24,580 bases of DNA. It comes from a virus (taxonomy: Duplodnaviria; Caudoviricetes). The stretch is from positions 1 to 24,580 of the IMG/VR virus record IMGVR_UViG_3300006046_000020; one strand, written 5' to 3'. Numbering within the stretch: position 1 is the stretch's first letter; each line of letters opens with the position of its first letter. Positions 1 through 8,435 of the stretch are shown one piece after another. The translations under genes and the position numbers were made by a program. Below the pieces are notes generated by a model. The model did no database searches. It was given only the letters and a program-made list of their open reading frames with translations, and was not told where the DNA came from.

Positions 1-491
1 AGGGTCAGCTGCCGGCGGAAGTCCTTGTCGGCCTGGTCCAGCAGCGCCAGGGTCGCCTGCCGCCCGGGCCCGTCGACGTCGAGGGTGCGGACCACGCCGG
101 CGAGCTGGTCCAGGTACTCCAGGCCCGCGGCGGTGCGGAAGCCCAGGCGGACCTTCGCCGGCGCGGCGAGGCGCTTCTTCCCCGCCAGCGGCCCGGCCGG
201 GTTGGCGGGGCTGTACTTCCAGGCGGTGTGCTCGGTCGCCGGGTTGGCCAGCGAGCTTGGCGGGGTCGCCAGCGTCACCGTCGCCGACGCGGCGCTCGAG
301 CCGGAGAACACCGGCCCCCGCGCGCGCCGGCGCCCCGCTTTGAGGCCGGGCGGCAGGTCGGTGGCCAGTTCCCGGCGGACGGTGACGCTCTCGACGTCGG
401 CGGAGAGGTCGTCGAGGGGCAGCGTCACGGCCGGCCCCGTCGTGGTCGCGGCGGTCAGCAGCCGCACGGCGCCGTACTCCGCGGTCGGCAT
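1..491 (-). CDS. Baseplate hub / Tal-like minor tail protein (runs off the window edge)
   Basis: Not in the ORF track. ATG at 491 with GAGGT upstream; translates MPTAEYGAVRLLTAATTTGPAVTLPLDDLSADVESVTVRRELATDLPPG...WKYSPANPAGPLAG...LAGVVRTLDVDGPGRQATLALLD, open to position 1. Lies after Dit and resembles actinophage hub N-termini. Confidence 0.7.
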   Translation of the reverse strand, partial: MPTAEYGAVRLLTAATTTGPAVTLPLDDLSADVESVTVRRELATDLPPGLKAGRRRARGPVFSGSSAASATVTLATPPSSLANPATEHTAWKYSPANPAGPLAGKKRLAAPAKVRLGFRTAAGLEYLDQLAGVVRTLDVDGPGRQATLALLDQADKDFRRQLT

Positions 492-497
492 GCGCGC

Positions 498-3092
498 CTA
501 CCTCGGCCCGACGTCGGGGACCGGCGGCGCCGGGAACGCCGGGATCGTCGCGTCGATCGTGCCGGCCGGGGTGTCCATCGCGTAGGTCGCCTGCCAGGTC
601 GCGAAGTCCCGCCAGCCGTCGGACCAGTCGAACACCGCCGAGCTGGTGGGGGAGCAGTGGTAGTGGTTCGCGGCCCAGGTGTTCCCCCAGGTGGTCCACA
701 CCTGCGGCTTCAGCGTCGCCGCGTCGCACACCAGGCCGGTCGGCTCGTGCCAGCCGCCCAGGTCCGTCACGGAAATGTCGTTGTCGTGGACGCTGACCGT
801 GTGGAGCTCGTGCGCGCCGCGGCCGTCGGGCCAGTCGGTCCGCAGCTGCTGCAGCAGGCCGATCCCGTCGCGGCCCCGCACGGTGTTGTTGTAGACCTGG
901 ACGTTCCGCGACGCGGAGACGACGATCTGGCCGCCGTCGTAGAAGGCGTTGACCGCACCGGGAGCGTTGTTGACGCAGGTGTTGTACCGGATGACCGCGT
1001 CGTAGGCGATCTCGTGCATGATGCCCTGCTTGGTGTTGTTGGCGCAGTAGTTGTACTCGAAGACGGTGGTGCCGCCGACGTTGATGTCGGTCCACAGCCC
1101 GACGCCGGTGTTGTCGTGCACGTACAGCCGGCGCACGACGGCGTCGTTGGCCTGCTGGAACTTCGTCCCGCCGGCCTCCCAGTCGAGCTTGTAGCCGCGG
1201 GTGTTGTTGTGGTCGATCTCGGAGTCCTCGTGGGTCGCCGCGGCGTAACCGCCCTGGCCGAGCTGCCCGTTGTGGTGGGTCCGGTTGTGCCGCTCCTTCG
1301 ACCCGGCGCCGTTGAGGTGCAGGCCGCTGCCGTGGCAGTAGCGGACCTCGCAGAACTGCACCGTCCAGTTCGCGCCAGCGGCTTCGACGGCGCCGGTCTG
1401 CTCGGCGTTGGCGGCCATCTCCACCACCAGGTCCTCCACCGTCACCCCGGCGTTGGCGCTTCGCACGACGTAGGTCGCCCACGCCTGCTCCATCAGGTGC
1501 CCGTTGGGGTTGTCGCGGACGTAGACGCGGTTGGCGGCGAAGTCCTCGTAGAAGCGCCCCGGCGCCAGCGCCGCCTGGGACATGACGCGGTCGAGCTGGG
1601 CGCCGTCGCGGTAGACGTCGTTGGGGTTGCGGCACCCCGCCGTCGAGCAGCGCAGCCCGTCGCCGGGGTCGTCCGGCAGCGCGCTGCCGTTCGCGCCGGT
1701 GAGGCGGGTCGCCCACCAGTCCTGCCCCGACGCCGTCCAGGTGCCCAGGGTCTTCGCGCCGGACAGGGTCGCGCCGAGGCGGCCGCGGAGGATCTGGTTC
1801 GGCTTGGGCGCGTACCCGGCCTGCGCGACCGGCCGGTACACCCCTGGGGTGAAGACCAGCATCGACCCGTCCGGCGCGGCGGTGATCGCCGCGGCGACGT
1901 CCGACGCGGGGGTGAGGGTGGTCGGCTGCTGCGGCAACGCCGTGACGGCGACCTCGACGCCGCTGCCGGACGGGTCGCGGAGCAGCGCCGGGTTGAACGA
2001 GGCGGTGACGAGCTGCCCGGTGGTGGAGGTGACCTGGTAGGCGCCAAGCTCGGCGCGGAAGGAGCCGTTCTCCCACAGGTCGAGGACGACCCACGGGTCC
2101 GGCGTCCCCGTCGCGGTGCGCCGCAGGTACAGCTGGACCTGCGGCGTGGCGCCGAGGCCGCCGGGGGGGACGACGCCGAACGAGGCGCGGAACTTCGTCG
2201 GCACCGACGCCGACACCGCGGTCAGGTAGGCGGCGTCGGGGGAGGCGGGGTCCTCGTCGATGTCGGCGACGGTGCCGGTGAGGTTGGTGGATTCCTTGAT
2301 CACGTCGGGCGCCGCGCTCGCGGTGCCCGTCGTCGTCGTCGTGATGCCGGCGAGGGCGCCGAGGAAGCCGGTCCGTTCGGTCCCGCCGCCGAACCCGCCG
2401 ACCTGGCTGCCGGTCGCGCCCAGCGCGGCGTTGGCCTTGACGCCGGTCCCGGCGCTGTTGGTCGCGTGCACGGCGGTGAACCCGGCCGGGACGGTGAAGG
2501 AGTCCGACCCCTGGATCGACGTGGCCGCCCACACCAGCAGCGTGTTCGGCGACGTGGTGGTGACCTGCACGCCCGGGGTCGTCGTCGCGGTCGCGTCGGC
2601 GGACTGGACGTCGCTGGCGTCGAACGGGTCGCCGGTGGTCCGGCAGCCCGAGACCCGGAACGCGTACCACTCCCGGTAGCAGCTGGCGTGGGTGAACGTC
2701 CAGGTGCCGCTCTCGGTGGCGGTGGCGCGGTGCCAGAAGACCCGCAGCCGCGTCCCGGTCGTGGCGGCGGTGGCGCGCTCGGTCCAGGTCCCGTCCGGTG
2801 GCGTGACGGTCACCGAGGGTTCGAGGTAGGCGCAGACCACGGCGACGTCGGTGGCGGCCATGCCGGTGGGGACGGGGACGGCGGCGTTGGCGGCGGTCGC
2901 GCCGGCCAGCAGCGCGGAGGTCTGCCAGGTCGGCGCGGTCGTGGTCTGCGCCGAGATCCCGCCGGTGCCGGCGATGGTCCGGGTGGTGGTGAACGTGCCG
3001 TCCCGGTCCCAGTCGCACTGGACAATGACGGGGGCGAGGTCGCGGACCCGCGCGCGGATCGCGTCGACCAGGGTCTGGGAGGCCGGCTGCAT
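498..3092 (-). CDS. Tail-tip protein, 864 aa: hub-like N-terminal peptide, beta-sandwich domain(s), C-terminal right-handed beta-helix (pectate-lyase-like, putative depolymerase/adhesin)
   Basis: Likely start is ATG 3092 (MQPASQTLVDAIR), overlapping the Dit stop as TGATG; the upstream part of the track ORF is GC shadow. Region ~520-1920 has Asn-ladder repeats (HHNGQLG, DHNN, VHDNTGVGLWTD, YNYCANN, IRYNTCVNN, VYNNTV). Confidence 0.8.
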   Translation of the reverse strand: MQPASQTLVDAIRARVRDLAPVIVQCDWDRDGTFTTTRTIAGTGGISAQTTTAPTWQTSALLAGATAANAAVPVPTGMAATDVAVVCAYLEPSVTVTPPDGTWTERATAATTGTRLRVFWHRATATESGTWTFTHASCYREWYAFRVSGCRTTGDPFDASDVQSADATATTTPGVQVTTTSPNTLLVWAATSIQGSDSFTVPAGFTAVHATNSAGTGVKANAALGATGSQVGGFGGGTERTGFLGALAGITTTTTGTASAAPDVIKESTNLTGTVADIDEDPASPDAAYLTAVSASVPTKFRASFGVVPPGGLGATPQVQLYLRRTATGTPDPWVVLDLWENGSFRAELGAYQVTSTTGQLVTASFNPALLRDPSGSGVEVAVTALPQQPTTLTPASDVAAAITAAPDGSMLVFTPGVYRPVAQAGYAPKPNQILRGRLGATLSGAKTLGTWTASGQDWWATRLTGANGSALPDDPGDGLRCSTAGCRNPNDVYRDGAQLDRVMSQAALAPGRFYEDFAANRVYVRDNPNGHLMEQAWATYVVRSANAGVTVEDLVVEMAANAEQTGAVEAAGANWTVQFCEVRYCHGSGLHLNGAGSKERHNRTHHNGQLGQGGYAAATHEDSEIDHNNTRGYKLDWEAGGTKFQQANDAVVRRLYVHDNTGVGLWTDINVGGTTVFEYNYCANNTKQGIMHEIAYDAVIRYNTCVNNAPGAVNAFYDGGQIVVSASRNVQVYNNTVRGRDGIGLLQQLRTDWPDGRGAHELHTVSVHDNDISVTDLGGWHEPTGLVCDAATLKPQVWTTWGNTWAANHYHCSPTSSAVFDWSDGWRDFATWQATYAMDTPAGTIDATIPAFPAPPVPDVGPR

Positions 3093-3979
3093 CAGCCGCC
3101 GACCTCGACCAGGACCAGCTCGCAGTCGTGCAGGCCGCCGTACGGGTAGGCGTCGGAGAGGGAGTCCACCGCCACGACCGGCGTCCCCGTCCCCGGCACG
3201 AACGCGCCCGCGCTGCCGGCCTGCTCGAGCTGCCAGTCGTCGGACCACACCGTGACCGCGCTGCCGGTCGTGGTCGAGTTCAGCAGCTTCGGCACCGCGT
3301 ACGCGGCGGTCGCGTCGCTCGTGGCGGTGAACGACAGCCGCGTCGACCAGTCCGTGGTCGAGACCGCGCTGCCGGCGGTCGACGGGGAGGACAGCAGCGC
3401 CGGCGGCGTGGCCGCGTTGTAGAAGCTGATCCCGATCTGCATGCTCACCGCCGCGCTCGCGCGGACGTACGCGCTCACGGTGTACTGCGTCGACGGCAGG
3501 CACGCCGCCCACGTCTGGTCGACCGTCGACGCCGAGGTGTACAGCAGCACGCCGCGGCCGGTCGCGGCCAGGGCGGTCTGGGTGTCCCACGCCAGCGACC
3601 GGACCCCGGACCGGGCCTGCGCCGTCGAGGAGCTGACCGCGCCCTGCGTGAGCGCACTGAACCCGGTCGCGTCGGCGAGCGGCCCCGTGCCGAGGGACTG
3701 GTTCGCGGTGAGGTGGTTGCGCCGCCCGGCGAGGTCGACCAGCCGGTACGGGCCGCCGAGTTCGGCGAGCTGCTCCCAGACGCCCAGCTCGTCGGCGTTG
3801 AGGGCCTGCCCGACCAGGCGGTAGACCCGCCGCCGGCCGGTGGTGTCGACGACCTGGCCGCCGCCGGCGGCGAGCTGGTGGACGGCGCCCTGCCGCTGCC
3901 GGTCCGCCGAAGAGCCGGGCGCGGGGCGGACGACCTCGACGAGCCGGCCGGCCGGGCCGCACCAGATCCCTGTCGCCAC
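3092..3979 (-). CDS. Distal tail (Dit)-like protein with inserted carbohydrate-binding-like domain
   Basis: Immediately follows the tape measure; ends ELVLVEV. Central segment NHLTANQS...AQARSGVRSL...PSTQYTVSAYVRAS...WSDDWQLEQ looks like a CBM4/9-type galactose-binding fold. Confidence 0.7.
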   Translation of the reverse strand: MATGIWCGPAGRLVEVVRPAPGSSADRQRQGAVHQLAAGGGQVVDTTGRRRVYRLVGQALNADELGVWEQLAELGGPYRLVDLAGRRNHLTANQSLGTGPLADATGFSALTQGAVSSSTAQARSGVRSLAWDTQTALAATGRGVLLYTSASTVDQTWAACLPSTQYTVSAYVRASAAVSMQIGISFYNAATPPALLSSPSTAGSAVSTTDWSTRLSFTATSDATAAYAVPKLLNSTTTGSAVTVWSDDWQLEQAGSAGAFVPGTGTPVVAVDSLSDAYPYGGLHDCELVLVEVGG

Positions 3980-3991
3980 CCCAACCCCCTT

Positions 3992-6900
3992 CTATTCGCG
4001 GTCGAGGCGGGCGGCGCCCTGCCGGTACGCGCGGGCGACCTCCCGGGCGTCCACGCGGACGACGACGGGCTGCGCGGCGAGGCCCTCGACCGCCGTGGCG
4101 AGCCTTGCCATCGGCGGGGAGCGCCTGAGCGCGGCGACCATCGCGTCGGTGAGCCGGTCGTAGTCGATCCCGACCGGCTCACCCTTGCCGGTGCCGTTGT
4201 AGGCCAGCGACAAGCCCGGCGGCAGCATCCCGCCCTGGTCGTAGGAGTGGTGCCGCAGCCAGAACGCCCACGCGCCCGCCGGGTTGTGGTAGCGGCTTCG
4301 GATGTAGCGGCCGCCGTAGATCGCCTGCAGCCGCGGGTCGGCGGTCTTGTGCCCACCGACCGTGCCCCACGTCGAGTTGAGGAACTGGAACAGCCCGTAC
4401 GCGCTCGACGACGGGTTCTGCGCGGTCGGCCGCCAGCCCGACTCGTGGGAGACCAGCGCGTCGGTGGCGGCCCACTGCCCGGCCGAGCCCCAGCCGAACA
4501 TCCCGGCGAAGACCTCGCGGACGATGCCCTTCACCGACCCGCCGCCGCCGAGGCCGCCGACGCCGCCGCCGGGCGCGCCGACGTGGAAGTGGAGCCCGAA
4601 CGACCCCGGCTTGCGCGCCGCCGGGCCGATGATGATCCCCGCCGACGTGCCACGCGCCTCGAACGGGAGCCCGCCGTAGACCCCGGCCATGTGGCCGGTG
4701 CCGTGCGGGCCGGGGCGGCGGACGCCGATGTCGAGGAGGCCACCGAGGCCGGGGCGGATGCCCGCGACCCCGGTCCCGATCGACCCGGTGGTGAAGTACC
4801 GCTGGCCGTGGCCGCCGCCGCGGCCGCGCATCAGCCCGTAGACCGCGCCGACCAGCCCGGAGCAGTCGTAGGCGCCGGGACCGGCGGCGCCCCACCGGTA
4901 CGGCAGCCGGTCCACGCTCCGGATGAAGCGCTTGATGGCCTCGGAGCCGCCGCCGCCCATCCCGGCGACCGCGGCGTCGATCGCCCGGCCAAGCGCCCGG
5001 CCCAGGGTGCGGGCCAGCCCGTCGGCGGCGTGCTGGGTGCCGCGCCGCAGCGCGCTGGCGGCCGCGTCGGCGAACGGCTGCAAGCTGCCGATGCGGCCGC
5101 CGGTCGCGAAGCCGGGGATGCGGCGGTCGGCCGCCCACGCCCGGAATCCCGGGTCGGCTGAGTCCCGCGCGGAGACGACCGTCTCACCCTTCGACAGCCT
5201 GGCCAGGACGTCGTCGGCGGTCGGACCGGTGCCCTGCGTGACGCGGCCGCCGGCGGCGAGCTGGGGGATCTTCACGTGCGACGCACGCAGCCACGCGACC
5301 GTCTGCTTGGCGATCGTCGCCTTGGCGGTGGCGGTGACGGTGACGTTCTTGCCGTGCAGCGCGTTGATCTGCCGCTGCATCGCGCGCATCTTGCGGACCA
5401 GGTCGGCGTACTGCCGCTGCATCGAGTCGGCAAACGACGTGCGGATCTCGGTCTGCCGCTGCGCCCAGTACTTCTTGGCCAGCTGCAACTGCGCGTTCGA
5501 GCCCGTCGCCAGCGCGTGGACGTACTGCGGCCCCTTGGTCGACAGCTCCCGGATGAACCTCGGGTCGACGCCGGCCTTGATCAGCCGCTGCGAGTCCTTG
5601 GCGTAGGACCGGAAGTTGGCGACCTGGTTGCGCAGATCCCGGATGACCTGCCGGGCCGTGACACCGCTCTTGGCGATCAGGCCGTCGTAGCCCAGGATCG
5701 CGTCGCGGACGCTTTTCACCTGGTCGCGGAAGCCCTGCCGCAGCGTGCCCAGCTTGGCGGTCAGGTCGGCGGCCTGCCGGGAGTTCGCGGCCATCTTCGC
5801 CGCAGTCTCCTGCGCCGCCGCGCCGCCGCCGCGGGTCGCCGCCGCCGCGCCCTGCGCCGCAGCCGCCATCCGGGAGAAGTGGTCGGCGCCGTCGGTCGCC
5901 GCATGACCCATCGCGTTGATCGACTGGGCGTACAGGCCGCCGAACTTGGTGCCCAGCTGCACGGTCCCGCCGAACCGCTGGTTCTCCGACGACCCCTTCT
6001 TGACCGCCTCCTGGAACTTGATCACCGAGACGGTCGCCAGGCCGACCGCGGCGCCGTACAGGCCGGTGCGGGCCAGGACCGCGCCGATGCCGGCGCTGCC
6101 GCCGAGCAGCCGGAACTTCGCCGCCGCCGCCTCCGCCGCCGCGCCCGAGGCGACCGTCTTGGCGGCCAGGGCCTCCTCGGCCGTGCCGACCGCGGCGTCG
6201 ACGGCGACCTGGGCCTCCTTCGCGGCCCGGTAGGCGATCCATGCCTTGCGGGCGTCGAGGATCGGCTTGGTGACCTTGGCGACCGCGACGGCCAGGCCGC
6301 CCAGGACCGCGCCAGTCAGCACCGCCTGCGAGGCGACGCCGTGGCTGGTCTCATCGAGCCGGTTGAAGCCCTCCACCAGCCGGTTGAGCCAGACCGCGCC
6401 GCGTTCGATCGCGGGGATCAACGCCTTGCCCAGGCCCTCCTGGAGGTTCCCCCACGCCACCGCCAGTTTCTTCGAGGCCGTGGCGTTGGCCTCCGCGCTG
6501 CCGCCGAACTCCTTGCGGAGCTCGCCCAGGATGATCTTCTGCGCCTCGAGGGTGTGGCCGCTCTTGACGAGGGTCTTGATCTGCTCCTGCTGCTGGGCGG
6601 TGAACGCCACCCCGACACGGCGGAGCGCGCCCATGCCCGCAATCGGGTCATTTAAAGCCTTGCCCAGTTGGATGTTGGCGGTCTGCAGGCCGTCGGCGGT
6701 GACCTCGCCGTGGTTCATCGCCGCGGCCATGTCGACGGCGGCGCGGGTGGCCTGGTTGAAGATGTCGTTGCCCTTGCCGACCTCGTTGCGGACGCCGGTG
6801 AAGGTGGCCAGGATGTTCTCGCCCGACTGGATCAGCTCGTCGTCGACGCCGACCTTCTTCGAGATCGCGCCGGCGAGGTCGGCGAACTGCTTGGCCGACA

Positions 6901-7162
6901 GGCCAGCCGCGCCGCCGGTGGACTTGATCACCGCGGCGGTCTGCCGGGCGACGGCCTGGCTCTCCCGCGCGGCCCCGACGACCTTGCGGATCCCCGCGAC
7001 GACCGCCGCGCCCGCGAACGCGCCAGCGAGTTCGTTCCGCAGGCGGCTGGTGTGCTTCTGGAAGTCGGACGCGGACCGCTGCGCCTGCGACATGCCCCGG
7101 GTGAAGCCGGAGGTGTTGGCGATGACGTCGAAGACGACCGAACGGGCCACGCTAGCGCTCAC
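3992..7162 (-). CDS. Tail tape measure protein with NlpC/P60-like and lytic transglycosylase (SLT) domains
   Basis: 1056 aa, Ala-rich and helical, QLGKALNDP motif; PYRWGAAGPGAYDCSGLV...GHM (NlpC/P60 Cys/His); LVSHESGWRPTAQNPSSSAYGLFQFLNSTW...RYIRSRY (SLT catalytic Glu-Ser and GLFQ). Confidence 0.95.
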   Translation of the reverse strand: MSASVARSVVFDVIANTSGFTRGMSQAQRSASDFQKHTSRLRNELAGAFAGAAVVAGIRKVVGAARESQAVARQTAAVIKSTGGAAGLSAKQFADLAGAISKKVGVDDELIQSGENILATFTGVRNEVGKGNDIFNQATRAAVDMAAAMNHGEVTADGLQTANIQLGKALNDPIAGMGALRRVGVAFTAQQQEQIKTLVKSGHTLEAQKIILGELRKEFGGSAEANATASKKLAVAWGNLQEGLGKALIPAIERGAVWLNRLVEGFNRLDETSHGVASQAVLTGAVLGGLAVAVAKVTKPILDARKAWIAYRAAKEAQVAVDAAVGTAEEALAAKTVASGAAAEAAAAKFRLLGGSAGIGAVLARTGLYGAAVGLATVSVIKFQEAVKKGSSENQRFGGTVQLGTKFGGLYAQSINAMGHAATDGADHFSRMAAAAQGAAAATRGGGAAAQETAAKMAANSRQAADLTAKLGTLRQGFRDQVKSVRDAILGYDGLIAKSGVTARQVIRDLRNQVANFRSYAKDSQRLIKAGVDPRFIRELSTKGPQYVHALATGSNAQLQLAKKYWAQRQTEIRTSFADSMQRQYADLVRKMRAMQRQINALHGKNVTVTATAKATIAKQTVAWLRASHVKIPQLAAGGRVTQGTGPTADDVLARLSKGETVVSARDSADPGFRAWAADRRIPGFATGGRIGSLQPFADAAASALRRGTQHAADGLARTLGRALGRAIDAAVAGMGGGGSEAIKRFIRSVDRLPYRWGAAGPGAYDCSGLVGAVYGLMRGRGGGHGQRYFTTGSIGTGVAGIRPGLGGLLDIGVRRPGPHGTGHMAGVYGGLPFEARGTSAGIIIGPAARKPGSFGLHFHVGAPGGGVGGLGGGGSVKGIVREVFAGMFGWGSAGQWAATDALVSHESGWRPTAQNPSSSAYGLFQFLNSTWGTVGGHKTADPRLQAIYGGRYIRSRYHNPAGAWAFWLRHHSYDQGGMLPPGLSLAYNGTGKGEPVGIDYDRLTDAMVAALRRSPPMARLATAVEGLAAQPVVVRVDAREVARAYRQGAARLDRE

Positions 7163-7663
7163 CCCCGGCCGGTCGCCGTTCGTCCATCCAGTCGGTGAAG
7201 ACGCGCAGCTCCCGGAAGGTCAGCGCGTCATATTCCTGGCGGGTCAGGTCGAAGAAGGCCCGGAGGCGGGCGCGGCCGTGGGCGCGGGCGGCGGCGGCGC
7301 GGGCACGCTGCCACGGCGTTTCGAAGTGCTCCCGCTGCCACGCGCGGCGGGCGGCGGGCTGGGAGGAGGGGGCGCGTCGGACACCTTCAGCCAGCCGTAG
7401 GGCGTCTCAAGCGCCTGGTCCCAGGTGAACTCAGGGTCGGCGCGGGTGGCGATGCACCAGATCACCAGCGGCGTGGCGTACAGCGGCTCACGGTCGACGG
7501 CGTCCTGTGGGTCGAGGCCGCCGAACAGCTTGGCGGCCTTGGCGCGGAGCATGTCGCGGGGGGTCAGGTCGTCCCAGCCCAGCACCCGCGCCTCCGGCTC
7601 ACGGATCGCCTCGACCGCTGCTGCGGGCGCCTCGCCGTTGGCCTGCTGGGTCGTCTCGGTCAT
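7152..7663 (-). CDS. Tail assembly chaperone, -1 frameshift-extended form (lambda G-T-like, ~170 aa)
   Basis: The -1 frame is open from 7406 to TAG at 7154-7152, has no usable start codon, and reads ...RLRAFFDLTRQEYDALTFRELRVFTDWMDERR, typical of gpT-like tails. It ends overlapping the tape measure start. Confidence 0.75.
7244..7663 (-). CDS. Tail assembly chaperone (gpG-like short form)
   Basis: 139 aa ORF before the tape measure, ATGA overlap with the upstream gene; becomes low-complexity Pro/Ser/Ala after the presumed shift site. Confidence 0.8.
   Translation of the reverse strand: MTETTQQANGEAPAAAVEAIREPEARVLGWDDLTPRDMLRAKAAKLFGGLDPQDAVDREPLYATPLVIWCIATRADPEFTWDQALETPYGWLKVSDAPPPPSPPPAARGSGSTSKRRGSVPAPPPPAPTAAPASGPSST
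7364..7375 (-). other. Candidate -1 ribosomal frameshift site GCG CCC CCT CCT
   Basis: Run of five C at the point where protein-like sequence moves from frame 0 to frame -1; not a canonical XXXYYYZ heptamer. Confidence 0.5.
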
Positions 7664-8169
7664 GTCGCCCTCTCGATCTTCTTCAGCACCCGGTTCGTGG
7701 CCGCGTCGATCGCCCGTTGCGCGTCCGGGACGTGCGGTTCCACCACGCCGTAGAACGTCGGCCGCTTGCGGCCCTGCGCCCAGGTCTCACGGTCGCCGAA
7801 GACGGGCCAGCGCCACCTGGGCTTCTCACCCTCCCAGTACGCCGGCAGCGACTTCATGTGGTCGGGCATCTTGCGGCCGTCGACCCGGATGCGGGCGCCG
7901 GCCCGTTTGCCGGTGAAGCGGACCTCGACCCGCGTGGCCTTGGCGAGCAGGGTCCGCAGCGGCGGCTGCTCGGCACGGGACCGGGAGCGCTTGCCGCCGT
8001 AGGCGGGCTGCGCCTTGTACGCGGCGCGGACCTGCGGAACCAGCGGCCGCAGCACCGCGCGGACCTCCGCGGTCAGCTCCTTGCGGAGCTGCTTGCCGTT
8101 GGCGGCCTCACGGAACGCGTCGTTGATCGCGCGGAACGTCCGGTTGTCGCGGATCTCAATATCCGGCAC
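7660..8169 (-). CDS. HK97 gp10-like neck/tail completion protein
   Basis: Basic 169 aa protein, AGGAGG SD, GTG start; RWPVFGDRETWAQGRKRPTF resembles the RHPVFG..W..Q..RP.F motif of actinophage gp10-like proteins. Confidence 0.65.
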   Translation of the reverse strand: MPDIEIRDNRTFRAINDAFREAANGKQLRKELTAEVRAVLRPLVPQVRAAYKAQPAYGGKRSRSRAEQPPLRTLLAKATRVEVRFTGKRAGARIRVDGRKMPDHMKSLPAYWEGEKPRWRWPVFGDRETWAQGRKRPTFYGVVEPHVPDAQRAIDAATNRVLKKIERAT

Positions 8170-8185
8170 CCGCGCCTCCTTGGAC

Positions 8186-8191
8186 TATCCT
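8186..8191 (+). promoter_or_regulatory. Putative -10 element TATCCT (antisense to late operon)
   Basis: TANNNT hexamer 6 nt before a GTG (8198), upstream of the plus-strand ORF 8257-8418; no -35 identified. Confidence 0.4.
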
Positions 8192-8256
8192 TCGGGCGTG
8201 GAGCGGCCCCGCGCCGCAGCAGGCAGCACGGGGCCCGCCGGCATGGAGGTGCCGAC

Positions 8257-8418
8257 ATGGAACAGCCTAAAGCGCCCCTGACCCCGGAGCAGCAGGCCGC
8301 ACGGCAACGGACCGAGCAGGCCCGCCAGCGGTGGGAGCAGGCCCGCAACCGGGCCATCCGCAACCTCGCGATCGCGGTGGCGGTCGTGGCGGTGCTCTGG
8401 TTCTTCCTCAGCCGCTAG
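8257..8418 (+). CDS. Small C-terminally anchored membrane protein (53 aa), moron-like
   Basis: GGAGG SD before ATG 8257; MEQPKAPLTPEQQAARQRTEQARQRWEQARNRAIRNLAIAVAVVAVLWFFLSR is a coiled helix plus one hydrophobic segment; fills the gap between two minus-strand genes. Confidence 0.75.
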   Translation: MEQPKAPLTPEQQAARQRTEQARQRWEQARNRAIRNLAIAVAVVAVLWFFLSR

Positions 8419-8435
8419 CGCTTGCTGACCTGCGA

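Noticed and set aside
439-2946. GTCGTGGTC 9-bp repeat near both ends of the hub insert as a recombination site
   Set aside because: It encodes Thr runs and recurs elsewhere in the window, so it is not distinctive.
3093-3962. Track starts that extend real genes upstream (3962, 12721, 16649, 20506, 23365)
   Set aside because: The extensions overlap other genes or hairpins and are non-protein-like; downstream starts have SDs or stop-start coupling.
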